Of a DNA stretch of 64,000 nucleotides, positions 10,197 to 20,887 are shown piece by piece (the first letter of the stretch is position 1; every line of letters starts with the position of its first letter). The notes under the pieces are model-generated. The model ran no database searches. It was not told where the DNA came from and was given only the letters and a program-made list of their open reading frames with translations. The stretch spans positions 1-64,000 of the forward strand of contig CAWBZV010000003.1 in assembly GCA_963793305.1 (NCBI GenBank), read 5' to 3'. Made by a program: the position numbers and the translations under genes. This stretch comes from an uncultured Gemmatimonadales bacterium. GTDB lineage: Bacteria; Gemmatimonadota; Gemmatimonadetes; Gemmatimonadales; Gemmatimonadaceae.

Positions 10197-11907
10197 TTAT
10201 TGGCCGAGCAGCTTTATATAAGCTGCACGGGCTTCGGGATCGTCGGGGTAAGGATGCTCCAGGTATAACTCCAGCGCGCGGCGCGCGCGAGCGCGATCGC
10301 CGTGCCGCAGGAAGTAGTCGCCCAGCGTGCGCGCGCATCCCGGCGAGGTCGGGATCGTGCTCGACGTGCAGGCGGCATTCGGCGTCCAGGTGATCGTAAA
10401 GGCGGCTGGCATCGAGCGCGATCATGCCGGGAGGAAGATCGCGCACGAACACCAGCGCCTGCGGGTCTTCATACACCAGCTTCCAGTCGGCGAGCGCGAG
10501 CACCAGCGGGTATAGCGTGCCGCAGTTGTATTCGAAGGCATTGACCACGATCGCGCCGACGCCGTACTGCGCCAGCACGCGGTCGCGCAGCCGGGTCGTC
10601 GGGCGGCGCGCCGAGGATCGTGCGGTAATCCTGGAACACCGCTTCGCTGAGCGCGCGGCCGTCGATGAAGACCGGCTAGTCCGCGCCAGATCAGATAGCC
10701 GCCGTACTCGTAGGTGTTGAACAGCGGGGCGCGCGATGCGGTGCTGCAATAGAAACGCCGCCGCGCCGGCGGGATAGCTCCACTCGGCGGCGCGCAACTG
10801 GAAGAACGAGCCCCGCGCCGCGCCCCAGGCGGTGGTGGCCATCAAGGCGGCCAGGGCGGCATACGGCAGCGCCCGTAGGGGCCGGATATATCCGGCCCGC
10901 GGCCTGAAGCGCGCGGCCATCGCTTTCAGGCGCTCCCGTGGCGCGTAGCTGGCGATCAGCACCGGCGCCAGCAGGCCGATCAGCATCTCGTTGCGGAACG
11001 CCATCAGCGCCGCCGCGGCGAAGGCGGCGAACAGCAGCCAATCCGAGAGCCGGACGCGGCGCCAGGCCAGCGCCAGCGCCAGCGCCGCGCCGTAAAGCAG
11101 CAGGTCGAAGGCGTAGGGCGGACCCCACAAATCGGCGCGGGACCACTCGATGAGCGTGGCCTGGAGCGGGCTCTGGCGATATTGCAGCACCGTGGCCAGC
11201 ACCGCGAAGCCATTGGGATTGAAGCCCGAAGCCAGCACGGCGGCGGCGCCCGCGGCGAAAACCTTGCGCCAGTCCGGCGCGCGCCGCGCGATGGCGTCAA
11301 TGGCATAGGCGCCACAAACGATCCAGCCCAGAAAAAACCCGCCGTGGCAGTTGGCCCAGATGAGCGCGAGCAAGGGAAGAAGATACAGCCGGCGGCGCGA
11401 CTCCAGAATGGCCAGGAACGCCGCGGTGAAGACGTAGGTGAGCAGGGCCGGGCGGTCATGCGCGAACTCGATGGCCAGTGATGCCGCCGCCAGCGCCGCG
11501 GCAATGCCCCACCATCCCGACTGCGCCCGCCGCGCCGCCACCCAGCCGGTGAGCCCGCACAGCAGCGCCAGCAGCACGGCTTTCCACAGCACCACGGCCG
11601 CGAACCCGCCCGCCCGATAAACGCCATACCAGGCCGCCTGCGCCAGCCATTCATGGGTCAGGTTGAACTGCCGCGTGCGGGCCTCATCGGGAGAGGCCGG
11701 AGCTGCCTTAGCCGTGGTGTAAGCGAACGGATCGGGCGTCGGCAGACGGTGGTGCTGGACGATATAACGCCCCGTGGCGAGGTGCCACCACGCGTCCGGA
11801 TCGCTCATTTCCGTGGAAAACAGGCCGAGCAGAAAAACCGCGGTGAGGACGAGAGCGGCAGGGAGGAGCCATCGTGTTGTCGCCGGAATCGGATCGGGCT
11901 TGCGCAA
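10197..11907 (-). CDS. Polytopic membrane protein, probable GT-C fold glycosyltransferase-like, with C-terminal TPR-like helix pair
   Basis: DPDAWWHLATGRYI, PDPF, HEWLAQ, DRP, WANCHGGF, NPNG and IEW motifs; many TM segments; 3' frameshifts. Confidence 0.65.
10875..10899 (+). repeat. GTAG-type REP copy inside a coding sequence
   Basis: GTAGGGGCCGGATATATCCGGCCCG, one mismatch from the copy at 3822-3846. Confidence 0.85.
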
Positions 11908-11917
11908 GTCTCAGTAT

Positions 11918-11985
11918 CCTACACCCGGGTACGGACGACCGCAGGTGGTTTCCAAAAATCCCACTTCAAGACCGCTTATCGGAAA
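11918..11985 (-). repeat. Left arm of an imperfect inverted repeat, dif/Xer-like
   Basis: Minus strand reads TTTCCGATAA-gcggtcttgaagtggga-TTTTTGGAAAC...CGTCCGTACCCGGGTGTAGG. Confidence 0.55.
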
Positions 11986-11994
11986 TGAGGCGGC

Positions 11995-12636
11995 TCACGG
12001 CCTTTGGGGCATGTACAGGGGCCTAAATGATTCGTCCTTCGCCATGTGCCGAAGCTTGCCCGCTTTGTTGAGTACCCAACGATGATCCATGCGGCACCGG
12101 TTGGCCGTATTCGGTTCCAAGACAATCTCACCGGCATTGATGGTGCCAGCCACTGCGAACGATGTACCACAATTGCCCGCCTTCAATTGCGACAAGCCCT
12201 GCTGGATTTGTATTACCACGTTGGAACCATCTCTCTTGTCTCTCTTGTAGTCGAACACCTGAACGAACGAGGCATTGCCGCCTTCGGAGATCACACCAAA
12301 AATGTGTTGGCCGTCGTTAGAGAAACCGTCTAAATGAAGCGAGAGCCTTCGCCCCCACTCGGCGATGCTGTTGGTGAAACCGTAGGAGGCTGTTTCATCT
12401 ACTTCCTCCCGGCCATTGGGAAGTGTGATATGAAGGTGATACTCCGCCATGCACTGGTGTGAATTCTTCATGTTGTCGTCATGAGTATGGACCTTAAGCA
12501 CGGCGACGACGCCACCCGGTCCGGTCTTACTGCGGGTCTCTGTGTCTGCCAAGTGGGAACAATCCATGGACTGGCCGTGAGCATAGTGAATTGCCACTAG
12601 GAAGAGCCACGCTCTGGTGATTCTGATCGAAACCAC
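11995..12636 (-). CDS. Hypothetical secreted protein (AT-richer cassette gene)
   Basis: Intact 213-aa ORF with a signal-peptide-like N-terminus and four Cys; codon usage visibly differs from the flanks. Confidence 0.7.
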   Translation of the reverse strand: MVSIRITRAWLFLVAIHYAHGQSMDCSHLADTETRSKTGPGGVVAVLKVHTHDDNMKNSHQCMAEYHLHITLPNGREEVDETASYGFTNSIAEWGRRLSLHLDGFSNDGQHIFGVISEGGNASFVQVFDYKRDKRDGSNVVIQIQQGLSQLKAGNCGTSFAVAGTINAGEIVLEPNTANRCRMDHRWVLNKAGKLRHMAKDESFRPLYMPQRP

Positions 12637-12677
12637 GATCTCACGATAGCAGTCATAAGCCGAGGCGGCGACTACTG

Positions 12678-12751
12678 TCTCCGATAATCATTGAAAAACG
12701 GGGTTTGTGGACTTCATCCCGAGTGGCGTCCGTACTTCCGGGCCGGGTAGG
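12678..12751 (+). repeat. Right arm of an imperfect inverted repeat, dif/Xer-like
   Basis: TCTCCGATAA-tcattgaaaaacgggg-TTTGTGGAC...CGTCCGTACTTCCGGGCCGGGTAGG shares blocks with 11918-11985. Confidence 0.55.
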
Positions 12752-12843
12752 CGATCCCCCCGATTAGGTTCTTCGTTTCTTCAAAGTCTTCCGGTTGAAA
12801 TACCGGGCTCCCGGCGGGATATCGCGCCCAGGCGGGGCCGGCG

Positions 12844-13862
<1,019 letters not shown>

Positions 13863-14261
13863 GAACCTCTATGTTAACCGCACGACTGCGCGGTGGCGAG
13901 CCCCGCAACCCATGTTTCAATTCCGGAGGGTGTTCGAGTGAGAAGATCCAGCCGGTTGAAAGGCAGGCCGTTGCTGCGGCCGACAATACGGCCGTGTCGC
14001 GTGTTCCTCCACGCCTTCGCTTCTCCACGGCGCGCGCAGAAACAATGAGACGTTCGTCCCACTTGCAAGCGTCGACTCGTTGCCGTCCGCGGGAAGAAGC
14101 TGTACCCTTGGGCTATTCGCCGTCAACCGGCAACTTGAACTGGAAGCGGACCAACGGTAACTTCCCCGTTGCAGTGCCTCTCGCGCTCCACTTTTGATTA
14201 GCACTGGAATTCTGCCTTCCCGTCGGTCCGGGACGAGGGTCCATTTATTGCGAAAGGAAAG

Positions 14262-15097
14262 GTGGTTACAGTTATGCGGAGAAGTCTGTGTGTCTTCACC
14301 TTTGTGCTGTGCGCCCTGCCGACAGGCTGGGCGGTGCAGCCTAACTCTACCCTCCCGGCCGGGACGCTGCTAAGCTGCACGCTCGACGAGCCTCGGATCC
14401 CTCGAACGGCGGAGCGCGGCGATCCGCTTCTCTGCCACATTAACCAAATTGAAATATTCGGGCGGCCGATGATCGCCAGGGGATCGTACCTGTCGGCCCA
14501 ACTGAAGAACTACCGCGACCCCGGACATTTTGTCGGAAAGGGGTGGATCCAATTGGAGTTCACCAGCCTGACGCTGCCTAGCGGAACCTTTCCGCTGGAG
14601 GCTAAGGTCATCTCGGCAGGCCGTTACCGGGTGGACGGACAGGGCAAAATCCGGGGGCAAGGGCATGCGGTGCGCGACGCGATCGAATGGACTATCCCGC
14701 TCTTGTGGCCAGTCAAACTTCTGACCCTGCCGGCTCGCGGACCTCGACCGACTTTCAAAGGCGAAACGCGAGTACAGTTGCGCCTTATGGCGGATGTATC
14801 ATTCCCTTCACCCACGAGTTCGATTCCCGGTGGAGTAACTTCGAGTTCGAACTACGGTGCCGCCTCTAAGCCAGAACCAAAGCCCGAAGATTCCTCGAGG
14901 CAGTCCACGCTCCTGGTTCTGCGAGGTGGAAGCACGAGACGGTCGCCGACTACTGGGTCGACAGAGGAAACATCCAGTACATCACACGAACGGGTACGCT
15001 ACATGTCTTCCCGCCGACCGATATGTCGATGACCAAACAGCTCAACGCAGAGCGGGGCGTAGCCTTCATTCTGAAAACCCGCCAGGCTGACAAGTAG
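14262..15097 (+). CDS. Hypothetical exported protein
   Basis: Signal-like N-terminus and a beta-rich domain (LPAGTLLSCTLDEP...); after a frameshift near 14940 continues DYWVDRGNIQY...LNAERGVAF to TAG 15095-15097. Confidence 0.65.
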
Positions 15098-15129
15098 GAT
15101 GGCGTGGCGGCTGACGTTACCTCGACTAC

Positions 15130-15157
15130 TTCCCGATATGCGGGGTTTCTGGAAACT
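15130..15157 (+). other. dif-like 28-bp site
   Basis: CTTCCCGATAT-GCGGGG-TTTCTGGAAAC (11-6-11) resembles the sites at 11950-11985 and 12678-12712; preceded by CGACTACT as at 12669. Confidence 0.35.
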
Positions 15158-15253
15158 CGTCCCAAGGCGACGTTACGTCTCGTGAACTCGCCGTTCCCGT
15201 CAGCTTGCGCCGCCGCCGGCCCCTCTCGCGCGTTCCGCTATCCTGAAGCTTCC

Positions 15254-17033
15254 ATGCCCGAGGGATCCTACCTCTATTGCGACGTCAGCCTGCCGGTGCC
15301 GCTCGATCAGCCGTTCACCTACTCGCTGCCCGAGACGCTGCGGCATCGCGTGCAGCCGGGCAGCCGCCTGCTGGTGCCGTTCGGGACGCGCAAGCTGACC
15401 GGCGTCATCCTGCGCTGCCACGACGATCCGCCCTCCAGTGGCCACGCGCGAGGCCCTGCGCCTGATCGATGCCGAGCCGGTGCTGGACGCCGAACTGCTG
15501 GCGCTCGGCCGCTGGATCGCCGGCTACTACTGCGCGCCGCTCGGCGACGTGCTGCGCGGCATGCTGCCGCTGGCGTCGGAGATCCGCCGCGGCAAGATCT
15601 GGTCGCTGACCGATGCCGGCCGCGACGCGGCGCGCCAGCTGCTGCTCGATTCCGCGCCCGACGATCCGGTGGCGCAGATCCTGCGCATGCTGGAGAAGCG
15701 CCCGCTCTCGGCGGCTTACCTGGCCAAGGCGCTGCCGCTGGCGGATAAGGCGATCCGGTCGCTGGAGCGCAAGGGCTTCATCGTGGCCGAGCAGGTGCAG
15801 ACGGAGCGCGACCCGCTGCGCGCGCCCTCGCGACCGGCTGCGCGTGGAACTGGCGCGCGCCGCACCCAGGCCGGCCGACGCCAAACTCAACAAGCCGGAG
15901 CGCGAGCTGCGCGCCTTTCTGGAACTGCATCCCGGCTCGCACAATCTGAAGGACCTGGAAGACGACGGTGAAGAACGCCAGCCCGGCGGCGCGTTCGCTG
16001 GCGCGCAAGGGACTGGTCTCGCTGAAGCCCGAAACCGTGCGCCGCTCGACGGCCGGCACGCGTGCGCGCGGCACGACCTGAACCCCGCCCAGCAGGCGGC
16101 CTTCGACGCAGATCCGCGAGGCCATCCAGGCGCGGCAGTTCCAGCACGTTTCTGCTGCACGGCGTCACCGGCTCGGGCAAGACCGAGGTGTACCTGAACG
16201 CCATCGAGGCGGCGCTGGCGGAGGGCCGCGGCGCGCTGCTGCTGGTGCCGGAGATCGCGCTGACGCCGGCCATGGCGGGCCAGTTCTTCTCGCGCTTCGG
16301 CGACCGCGTGGCCATTCTGCACAGCGCCTTCACCGACGTGGAGCGCACCGAGCAGTGGCGGCGCATCCGCTCCGGCGCGGCATCGGTGGTGGTGGGGACG
16401 CGCTCGGGCGTGTTCGCGCCGGTGCGCAACCTCGGGCTGATCGTGGTGGACGAAGAGCACGACGGCAGCTACAAGCAGGAGGAGACGCCGCGCTACAACG
16501 GGCGCGACGTGGCCATCGTGCGCGCGCAGGCCGCCGGCGCGTGCGTGGTGCTGGGGTCGGCCACGCCCAGCCTGGAGAGCCGCTACAACGCCGAGCGCGG
16601 CAAGTACACGCTGCTGGAGCTGCCCGAGCCGCATCGAGGCGCGGCCCATGCCGACGGTGGAACTGATCGACATGCGGCAGGAGTTTCTGGAGACGCGCAA
16701 GCAGGCCACGTTTTCGCGCGAAGCTGCTGGAGGCGCATCGGCGCGCGCCTGGAGAACGGCGAGCAGACCATCGTGCTGCTGAACCGCCGCGGCTTTTCCA
16801 GCTTCGTGGCCTGCCGCGCCTGCGGCGAGCGCGTGCAGTGCATCAACTGCTCGCTCACTCTGACCTATCACAAGCGCGACCGGCGCCTGCTGTGCCACTA
16901 CTGCGGCTACGCCGAGAAGGTGCCGAGCGTCTGCCCCAAGTGCGCCAGCGAGCACATCTATTTCCTGGGCCTGGGTCGGAGCGCGTGGAAGAGGAGCTGC
17001 ACCAGGCGTTCCCCACCGCCCGCGTGCGGCTCG
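15254..17033 (+). CDS. priA: Primosomal protein N' helicase, 3'-truncated and frameshifted
   Basis: LHGVTGSGKTEVY, LVPEIALTP, VVGTRSG, VDEEHDGSYKQ, LGSATPSLES, LNRRGF and four CxxC pairs; breaks at ERVEEELHQAFPTARV. Confidence 0.95.
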
Positions 17034-17578
17034 CCGAAGTCGTGCCTCGCCATCGGGCTGAGCTCCAATAACCCGGGCAATCCCGCGCCGATCGCCGAGG
17101 CGTGGAACGGTACCAGGTGGCGGTCAGTGGCGGTGCCGACGGAGAGTCGCCGACGTCTTCTGTACGGCGTTTCCTGCCGGTCGGCGACGTCTTGCCTGGT
17201 GGTCGGGACCTACTTAGCCGTCGCCGGGACCGGCTTCGAGCGGCCGTACGCCCTGACCTGGAACGGAAAGTCGCTGAGGCCGACCGCCAGGCCCCCTGCG
17301 CCCAAGGGCAGCGCGTTCGGGTCGCTGACCGGCGTGTCCTGCGTGACGACCAGAGGCTGTGTCGCGGTCGGCGACTCGTAAGGAGGCAGCGGCCCGCTGC
17401 CGGTCGAGACCTGGAACGGCGCGAAGTGGACGCTGCACACGGCGGGGATCCCGGGCCAGGCGGGGTGTCCGTCTCCAGCGGCATCTCCTGCCGGTCGGCT
17501 ACGTCCTGCGTTGCCGTCGGCGAGACTTATTCGATCACGGGTGCGGAGCGGATGTTCCTGGATCGGTGGAACGGCAAC
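17025..17578 (+). other. Fragment of a Cys-rich repeat (beta-propeller-like) secreted protein, of the kind seen in actinobacterial genomes
   Basis: Repeated (G)VSCxSATSCxAVG...WNG units: CGSPKSCLAIG, VSCRSATSCLVVG, VSCVTTRGCVAVG, ISCRSATSCVAVG; no start or stop of its own. Confidence 0.7.
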
Positions 17579-18696
17579 TCGCGGGCGCGGCGCTGCTCGT
17601 CAGGAGCTTCCAGGCACTATCGCGGGTGGCACCGGGCTTCGATCCCGACAGCGTCCTGGTGTTTCAGATGACCGCTTCGTGGGATGAGACGGCGGATCCC
17701 GCCAAAGCCCAGCAACGCGCGGACCGGATTCTCGAGCGGTTGCAGTCCCTGCCGGGCATCGAAGCGGCAGCAGGCGTCACCGGCCTCCCGGGGATCCCGA
17801 GCGACTATCAACTGGAGCTGGAGTCGCGGGAGCCGCGCGCCGCGTCCGAGCCCAAGATCATTGCCCAGGCTCGTATCGTGTCACCTGAGTATTTCGCCAC
17901 GTTGCGCATCCCGCTCCTTGCCGGAGATCTCTGCCGCGAGCAGGGCGCGGGCATGACGAACATGACCATGATGGTCAATCGCGCGTTCGCCAACGCGTAC
18001 TTCCGCGGAACGTCTCCGATCGGGCACCATCTCTCGCAACCCGGGAACATTTACGTTCCGTCGAGCGAAGTGCGCGGCGTCGTGGGCGACGCGCGCGAGA
18101 TGGGGTTGGATCGCCAACCGGTTCCGACGGTCTACTGGTGTGCCGCGTTCTTTCAACCCGGGACGCATTTCCTCGTGCGCGTGCGCGGCGACCCCGGACC
18201 GGTCGCCCCGGCAATCCGCGCGGCAATCCACGAGATCGAGGCGACTAGGTCGGTCTACGACGTGGCGCCGCTGGCCGACCAGATCGCCGACGCCTACGCG
18301 ACGAACCGCCTGCGGATGATCCTGCTCTCCTGCTTTGCCTCGCTGGCGATGCTGCTCGCCTGTGTCGGGCTGTACGGAACGATCAGCTACAGCGTGAACG
18401 TCCGGCGCGGCGAGATAGGCTTACGGATGGCCCTGGGCGCGGTGCGCGAGCGGATTATTCGGCAATTCCTGTCGCAAGGGCTCGTGGTCTCGGGCCTCGG
18501 ATGCGCGGTCGGCATCGCGTTGGCGCTGGCGCTCACGCGATTCCTCTCCGGCATGCTCTACGGCGTCTCGGCGACCGATCCGGCGACGCTGGCCGGCGTG
18601 GTGGTCATCGTGCTCTTGGTCTCCCTGATCGCGTCGCTCGTTCCGGCTATTCGCGCTTCGCGCGTGGAGCCGATGCAGGTGTTGCGGGGAGACTGA
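17578..18696 (+). CDS. MacB/FtsX-type ABC permease (ADOP-like), C-terminal half only
   Basis: LAGAALLVRSF...PGFD, LACVGLYG, RRGEIGLRMALGA and PAIRASRVEPMQVLR; N-terminal half missing. Confidence 0.85.
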   Translation, partial: LAGAALLVRSFQALSRVAPGFDPDSVLVFQMTASWDETADPAKAQQRADRILERLQSLPGIEAAAGVTGLPGIPSDYQLELESREPRAASEPKIIAQARIVSPEYFATLRIPLLAGDLCREQGAGMTNMTMMVNRAFANAYFRGTSPIGHHLSQPGNIYVPSSEVRGVVGDAREMGLDRQPVPTVYWCAAFFQPGTHFLVRVRGDPGPVAPAIRAAIHEIEATRSVYDVAPLADQIADAYATNRLRMILLSCFASLAMLLACVGLYGTISYSVNVRRGEIGLRMALGAVRERIIRQFLSQGLVVSGLGCAVGIALALALTRFLSGMLYGVSATDPATLAGVVVIVLLVSLIASLVPAIRASRVEPMQVLRGD

Positions 18697-19105
18697 GCCG
18701 CTCCATGACCTCGGCCGCACGGCCGAGCAGATCTTGATCGTCGACGCTCAAGTCCGCCACGCGCGCGGTGAGCGCAGCCACACGCCGCGCGCGCGCGTTC
18801 ATGAGCAGCTTGGTCCCCTTGGCCGTCGCGCGAATGCGAATGGCGCGCCCGTCCGACGGATCGTCGCGCCGCACCACCAGGCCATCGCCTTCGAGCCCAT
18901 CGACCAGTCGCGTCATCGTGGGCGGCGTCACGCCTTCGGCCGCGGCCAGATCGCGGAGGGTGATCGGCCCGGCAAAGACGACGACGGAGAGGGCCGAGAG
19001 CCGGGGCGCGGTCAGGCCACTGGTCTCATCCTCGCGGCGAACCAGCCGCAGCACATGGATCGCCGCGGAGTGCAGCCGGTCGGCAACCCGTTCCTCTTGC
19101 GTCAT
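18647..19105 (-). CDS. MarR family transcriptional regulator
   Basis: LAAAEGVTPPTMTRLVDGLE...GLVVRRDDPSDGR winged HTH. Confidence 0.9.
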   Translation of the reverse strand: MTQEERVADRLHSAAIHVLRLVRREDETSGLTAPRLSALSVVVFAGPITLRDLAAAEGVTPPTMTRLVDGLEGDGLVVRRDDPSDGRAIRIRATAKGTKLLMNARARRVAALTARVADLSVDDQDLLGRAAEVMERLSLPATPASAPRAKRE

Positions 19106-19114
19106 CGCATAATA

Positions 19115-19131
19115 TTAGTTAGCCTAACTAA
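19115..19131. promoter_or_regulatory. Probable MarR operator
   Basis: Perfect palindrome TTAGTTAG-C-CTAACTAA in the 28-bp gap between divergent marR and VOC genes. Confidence 0.7.
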
Positions 19132-19133
19132 CT

Positions 19134-19529
19134 ATGATCAACCATCTGACGCAAGTGGCGGTCGTCGTTCAGGACCTCGACCGCGCCGTGCGGTTCTACC
19201 GGGACACGCTGGGACTCAAATTTCTCTTCCAGGCGCCGCCGGGCTTGGCGTTCTTCGACCTGAGCGGCGTGCGACTCATGCTCGACCAGCCGTCCGAGCC
19301 GCTGCCGACCGGCGTCGGTACGTCGATCCTCTACTACGGCGTCGACGACATCCAGGCCGAGCACACCACCCTCGTCGGGCGCGGCGTGAAATTCGAGGAG
19401 CCGCCACACCGCATCGCCTCGCTCGGCGACCGCGATATCTGGATGGGCGCGTTCCGCGACAGCGAAGGGAATATGCTCGCCCTCATGAGCGAGGTGCGTC
19501 ACCCTTCCCCATCTCGTCCCACAGCGTAG
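19134..19529 (+). CDS. VOC/glyoxalase family protein
   Basis: VQDLDRAVRFYRDTLGL and FRDSEGN motifs. Confidence 0.9.
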   Translation: MINHLTQVAVVVQDLDRAVRFYRDTLGLKFLFQAPPGLAFFDLSGVRLMLDQPSEPLPTGVGTSILYYGVDDIQAEHTTLVGRGVKFEEPPHRIASLGDRDIWMGAFRDSEGNMLALMSEVRHPSPSRPTA

Positions 19530-20887
19530 CGACCGCCCGCATCCCGAGCTCGAAGTTCTCGACGCTCATCCACTCGTCGGGCGCGTGCGCGTTCTCGCCC
19601 GGGAGCCCGAAGCCCATGAGCAGGACGGGCGCGCCGAGTGTGCGCACGAAGTCGTCGACGACCGGGATCGAGCCGCCCTCGCCTTGCACGACGGGCTCGC
19701 GGTGAAACGCCGCCGCCAACGCCCGTTTCGCGGCGTCGAACACCGGCCCGTCGACTTTCGCTCTCCAGGGGCGGCCGCCATGCAGTTGTTGGATCGTGAC
19801 GCGTACTCCGGCCGGCGCGACGCGCTGTACGTGTTCCCGCATCAGACGTTCCGACCGTCTCGGGATCCTGATCGGGAACAAGGCGGCAACTGACTTTGGC
19901 CATCGCCTTCGCTGGGAGCACAGTCTTGGCGCCCTCCCCGGTGTAGCCACTCAGTAGCCCGTTGATCTCGCATGTAGGCCGCGTCCAGATCCGTTCTAAT
20001 GTCGAATATCCAGCCTCGCCACCGAGCGCAGGAGCGCCGACGTCACGCTGAAACGACGCCTCGTCAAATGGCAACTGACGGATTTCAGCGCGAGCCGAGG
20101 CTTCCCAGTCCCGGACTTTGTCGTAGAAGCCAGGGATCGCAACGTGTCCGTTCGCATCGTGGAACGTCGCGATAATCCGCGCCAGCGCCGTCGCGGGGTT
20201 GACCACTGCGCCGCCATACATCCCCGAGTGCAAATCCTGCGCAGGTCCTTGCACGTCGATCTGGAAGTACGCGAGCCCGCGCAGAGACGAGAGGATGGAC
20301 GGCAAGCCCGGCGCGAACATCGCCGAATCGGAGATGACGACCGCGTCGCACTTGAGCCGCTCGGCGTGCGCCTCGACGAACGGCGCGAGATGGTCGCTCC
20401 CGACCTCTTCTTCGCCCTCGGCCAGAACGACGATGTTGACCGGCAGGCGGCCACGCACGACGAGGTGCGCCTCGAGCGCCTTGACGTGCGCGAACAACTG
20501 CCCTTTGTCGTCGACCGATCCGCGCGCGAAGATCTTGCCGTCGCGCACCGTCGGCTCGAACGGCGGCGACGTCCAGAGCTCGAGCGGCTCGGCCGGTTGC
20601 ACGTCGTAATGCCCGTACACGAGCACCGTCGGCTTGCTTGGCCCCGCGCCACGCCACTCGGCCAGCACGACGGGATGGCCGGGCGTCGGCATCACCTCGG
20701 TCGTGAGCCCGGCCTTGCTCATTGACGCGGACAGCCACTCCGCCGCGCGCCGGGTGTCGCCATTGTGCTCGGATTTGGCGCTGACGGACGGGATCCTCAA
20801 GAAATCGAACAGCTCGCGCTCGATTCTCGGGCGATTGGCCGAGAAGTACGTGTCGAGATCGCGGGGGACAGTCGGAGACGTGGTCAT
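19483..20887 (-). CDS. M20 family dipeptidase (one frameshift near 19855)
   Basis: YGHYDVQP, ARGSVDDKGQ, EGEEEVGS, DLHSG, GGSIP and NAHAPDE motifs. Confidence 0.92.

Noticed and set aside
596..10899. Short repeats considered as a CRISPR array
   Set aside because: No regularly spaced direct repeats with unique spacers and no cas genes.
16062..18696. Apparent novel fusion proteins (PriA plus Cys-repeat domain; Cys-repeat plus permease) in the ORF track
   Set aside because: Better explained as products of the chimeric junctions at ~17030 and ~17578.
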